Positions 62,301-64,000 of a stretch of DNA of 64,000 bases are shown here, one piece after another (positions within the stretch are counted from its first letter, which is position 1; each line of letters starts with the position of its first letter). The notes under the pieces are model-generated. The model was not told the origin of the DNA, did no database searches, and saw nothing but the letters and a program-made list of their open reading frames with translations. The DNA lies in assembly GCF_009914755.1 (NCBI RefSeq), contig NC_060942.1; one strand, written 5' to 3'. The stretch comes from the human T2T-CHM13v2.0 reference genome, Homo sapiens. The translations under genes and the position numbers were made by a program.

Positions 62301-64000
62301 CTCTTTTTGTGGAATCTGCAAGTGGATATTTGGCTAGTTTTGAGGATTTCGTTGGAAGCGGGAATTCATACAAATTGCAGACTGCAGCGTTCTGAGAAAC
62401 ATCTTTGTGATGTTTGTATTCAGGACAGAGAGTTGAACATTCCCTATCATAGAGCAGGTTGGAATCACTCCTTTTGTAGTATCTGGAAGTGGACATTTGG
62501 AGCGCTTTCAGGCCTATGTTGAAAAAGGAAATATCTTCCCATAACAACTAGACACAAGCATTCTCAGAAACTTGTTTGTGATGTGTGCCCTCTACTGACA
62601 GAGTTGAACCTTTCTTTTCATAGAGCAGTTTTGAAACACTCTTTTTGTAGAATCTGCAAGAGGATATTTGCATAGCTTTGAGGATTTCGTGGGAAACGGG
62701 ATTGTCTTCAGGTAAAATCTAGACAGAAGCATTCTCAGAAACTTCTTTGGGATGTTTGCATTCAAGTCACAGAGTAGAACATTCCCTTTGGTAGAGCAGG
62801 TTTGAAACACTCTTTTTGTAGTATCTGGAAGTGGACATTTGGAGCGCTTTCAGGCCTATGTTGGAAAGGGAAATATCTTCCCGTAACAACTAGGCAGAAG
62901 CATTCTCAGAAACTTATTTGAGATGTGTGTACTCAACTAAGAGAATTGAACCACCGTTTTGAAGGAGCAGTTTTGAAACACTCTTTTTCTGGAATCTGCA
63001 AGACGATATTTGCCAAGCCTTGAGGGTTTCGTTGGAAACGGGATTGTCTTCAGATCAAATCTAGACAGAAGCATTCTCAGAAACTTCTTTGGGATGTTTG
63101 CATTCAAGTCACAGAGTAGAACATTCCCTTTGGTAGAGCAGGTTTGAAACACTCTTTTTTTAGTATATGGAAGTGGACATTTGGAGCGCTTTCAGGCCTA
63201 CGTTGGAAAAGGAAATATCTTCCCATAACAACTAGACAGAAGCATTCTCAGAAACTAGTTTCTGATGTGTGTCCTCAACTAACACAGTTGAACATTTCTT
63301 TAGACAGAACAGTTTTGAAACACTCTTTTTGTGGAATCTGCAAGTGGCTATTTGGCTAGATTTGAGGATTTCGTTGGAAACGGGATTACATATAAAAAGC
63401 AGACAGCAGCATTCTCAGAAAGTTCTTTGTGATGATTGCATTCAAGTCACAGAATTGAACATTCCCTTTCACAGAGCAGGTTTGAAACACTCTTTTTGTA
63501 GTGTGTGTAAGTGGACATTTGGAGCACTTTCCGGCCTAAGGTGAAAAAGGAAATATCTTCCCATAAAAACTAGACAGAAGCACTCTCAGAAACTTACTCG
63601 TGATGTGTGTCCTCAACTAAAGGAGTAGAACCTTTCTTTTCATAGAGAAGTTTTGAAACGCTCTTTTTGTGGAATCTGCAAGTGGATATTTGGCTAGTTT
63701 GGAGGATTTCGTTGGAAGCGGGAATTCATACAAATTGCAGACTGCAGCGTTCTGAGAAACATCTTTGTGATGTTTGTATTCAGGACACAGAGTTGAACAT
63801 TCCCTATCATAGAGCAGGTTTGAATCACTCCTTTTGTAGTATCTGGAAGTGGACATTTGGAGCGCTTTCAGGCCTATGTTGGAAAAGGAAATATCTTCCC
63901 ATAACAACTAGACAGAAGCATTCTCAGAAACTTATTTGAGATGTGTGTACTCAACTAAGAGAATTGAACCACCGTTTTGAAGGAGCAGTTTTGAAACACT

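Larger units (their letters stand above)
1..64000 (+). repeat. Centromeric alpha-satellite (alphoid) HOR array, dimeric SF2-type; most likely human chr18 D18Z1 active array
   Basis: Monomers of 166-171 bp start with CATTCTCAGAAAC or CGTTCTGAGAAAC throughout. A CENP-B box occurs in every second monomer. The ORF track recurs with a 2034/2035-bp period. EcoRI sites at 1324, 1999 and 3359 give 675 and 1360 bp fragments, matching the 0.68/1.36-kb EcoRI periodicity I recall for D18Z1. The alpha-satellite call is essentially certain; the chr18 assignment is about 0.85. Confidence 0.98.

Noticed and set aside
195-63939. Hundreds of 61-122 aa ORFs on both strands (e.g. MFQTCSTKGN..., MLWEDISF..., MWNLQVDIW...)
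   Set aside because: They are translations of alpha-satellite monomers that recur with the HOR period and overlap on both strands. Many begin at non-ATG codons and none has a recognisable domain. There is no evidence of coding function.
1-64000. CRISPR-like pattern of a conserved motif (AGCATTCTCAGAAAC) separated by variable sequence
   Set aside because: The intervening ~155 bp are homologous monomer bodies, not unique spacers. The period is 171 bp and there are no cas genes.
1-64000. Search for L1/Alu insertions, inversions, diverged monomeric layers or an array edge
   Set aside because: None seen. Unit spacing accounts for every base (2033-2035, 2710 or 1360 bp) and the orientation is constant.
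1-64000. Alternative assignment to the X-chromosome 12-mer DXZ1
   Set aside because: DXZ1 is a ~2057-bp pentameric (SF3) HOR. This array is 2034/2035 bp and strictly dimeric, with a box in every second monomer.
1-64000. Claim that this window is the kinetochore site (centromere dip region)
   Set aside because: That is defined by CENP-A occupancy and CpG hypomethylation, which cannot be read from sequence.

Overview
The whole 64 kb window is one uninterrupted, head-to-tail array of primate centromeric alpha-satellite DNA (~171-bp monomers), all in one orientation. I found no genes, transposon insertions, inversions or non-satellite sequence. The monomers form a 12-monomer higher-order repeat (HOR) of 2034/2035 bp. 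Monomers with a CENP-B box alternate with monomers carrying a pJ-alpha-type box. Two EcoRI sites per unit give 675 + 1359/1360 bp fragments, which best fits the active human chromosome 18 array D18Z1 (SF2); this assignment is from recall, not a database search. I number units U1-U32 from position 162. There are 31 complete units (26 12-mers, two 16-mers of 2710 bp, three 8-mers of 1360 bp) plus partial units at both ends. All listed ORFs are chance open frames in satellite DNA. I do not see a new protein-based system. The informative signal is the mutational record of the array: two interleaved HOR haplotypes plus a hybrid lineage, tandem block duplications of ~10.85 kb and 9.5 kb, an interrupted third copy of one block, repeated switching near the monomer 4/5 boundary, apparent short conversion tracts, one CENP-B box with a broken core, and a cluster of three substitutions spaced 11 bp apart. 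All variant calls were made by eye.
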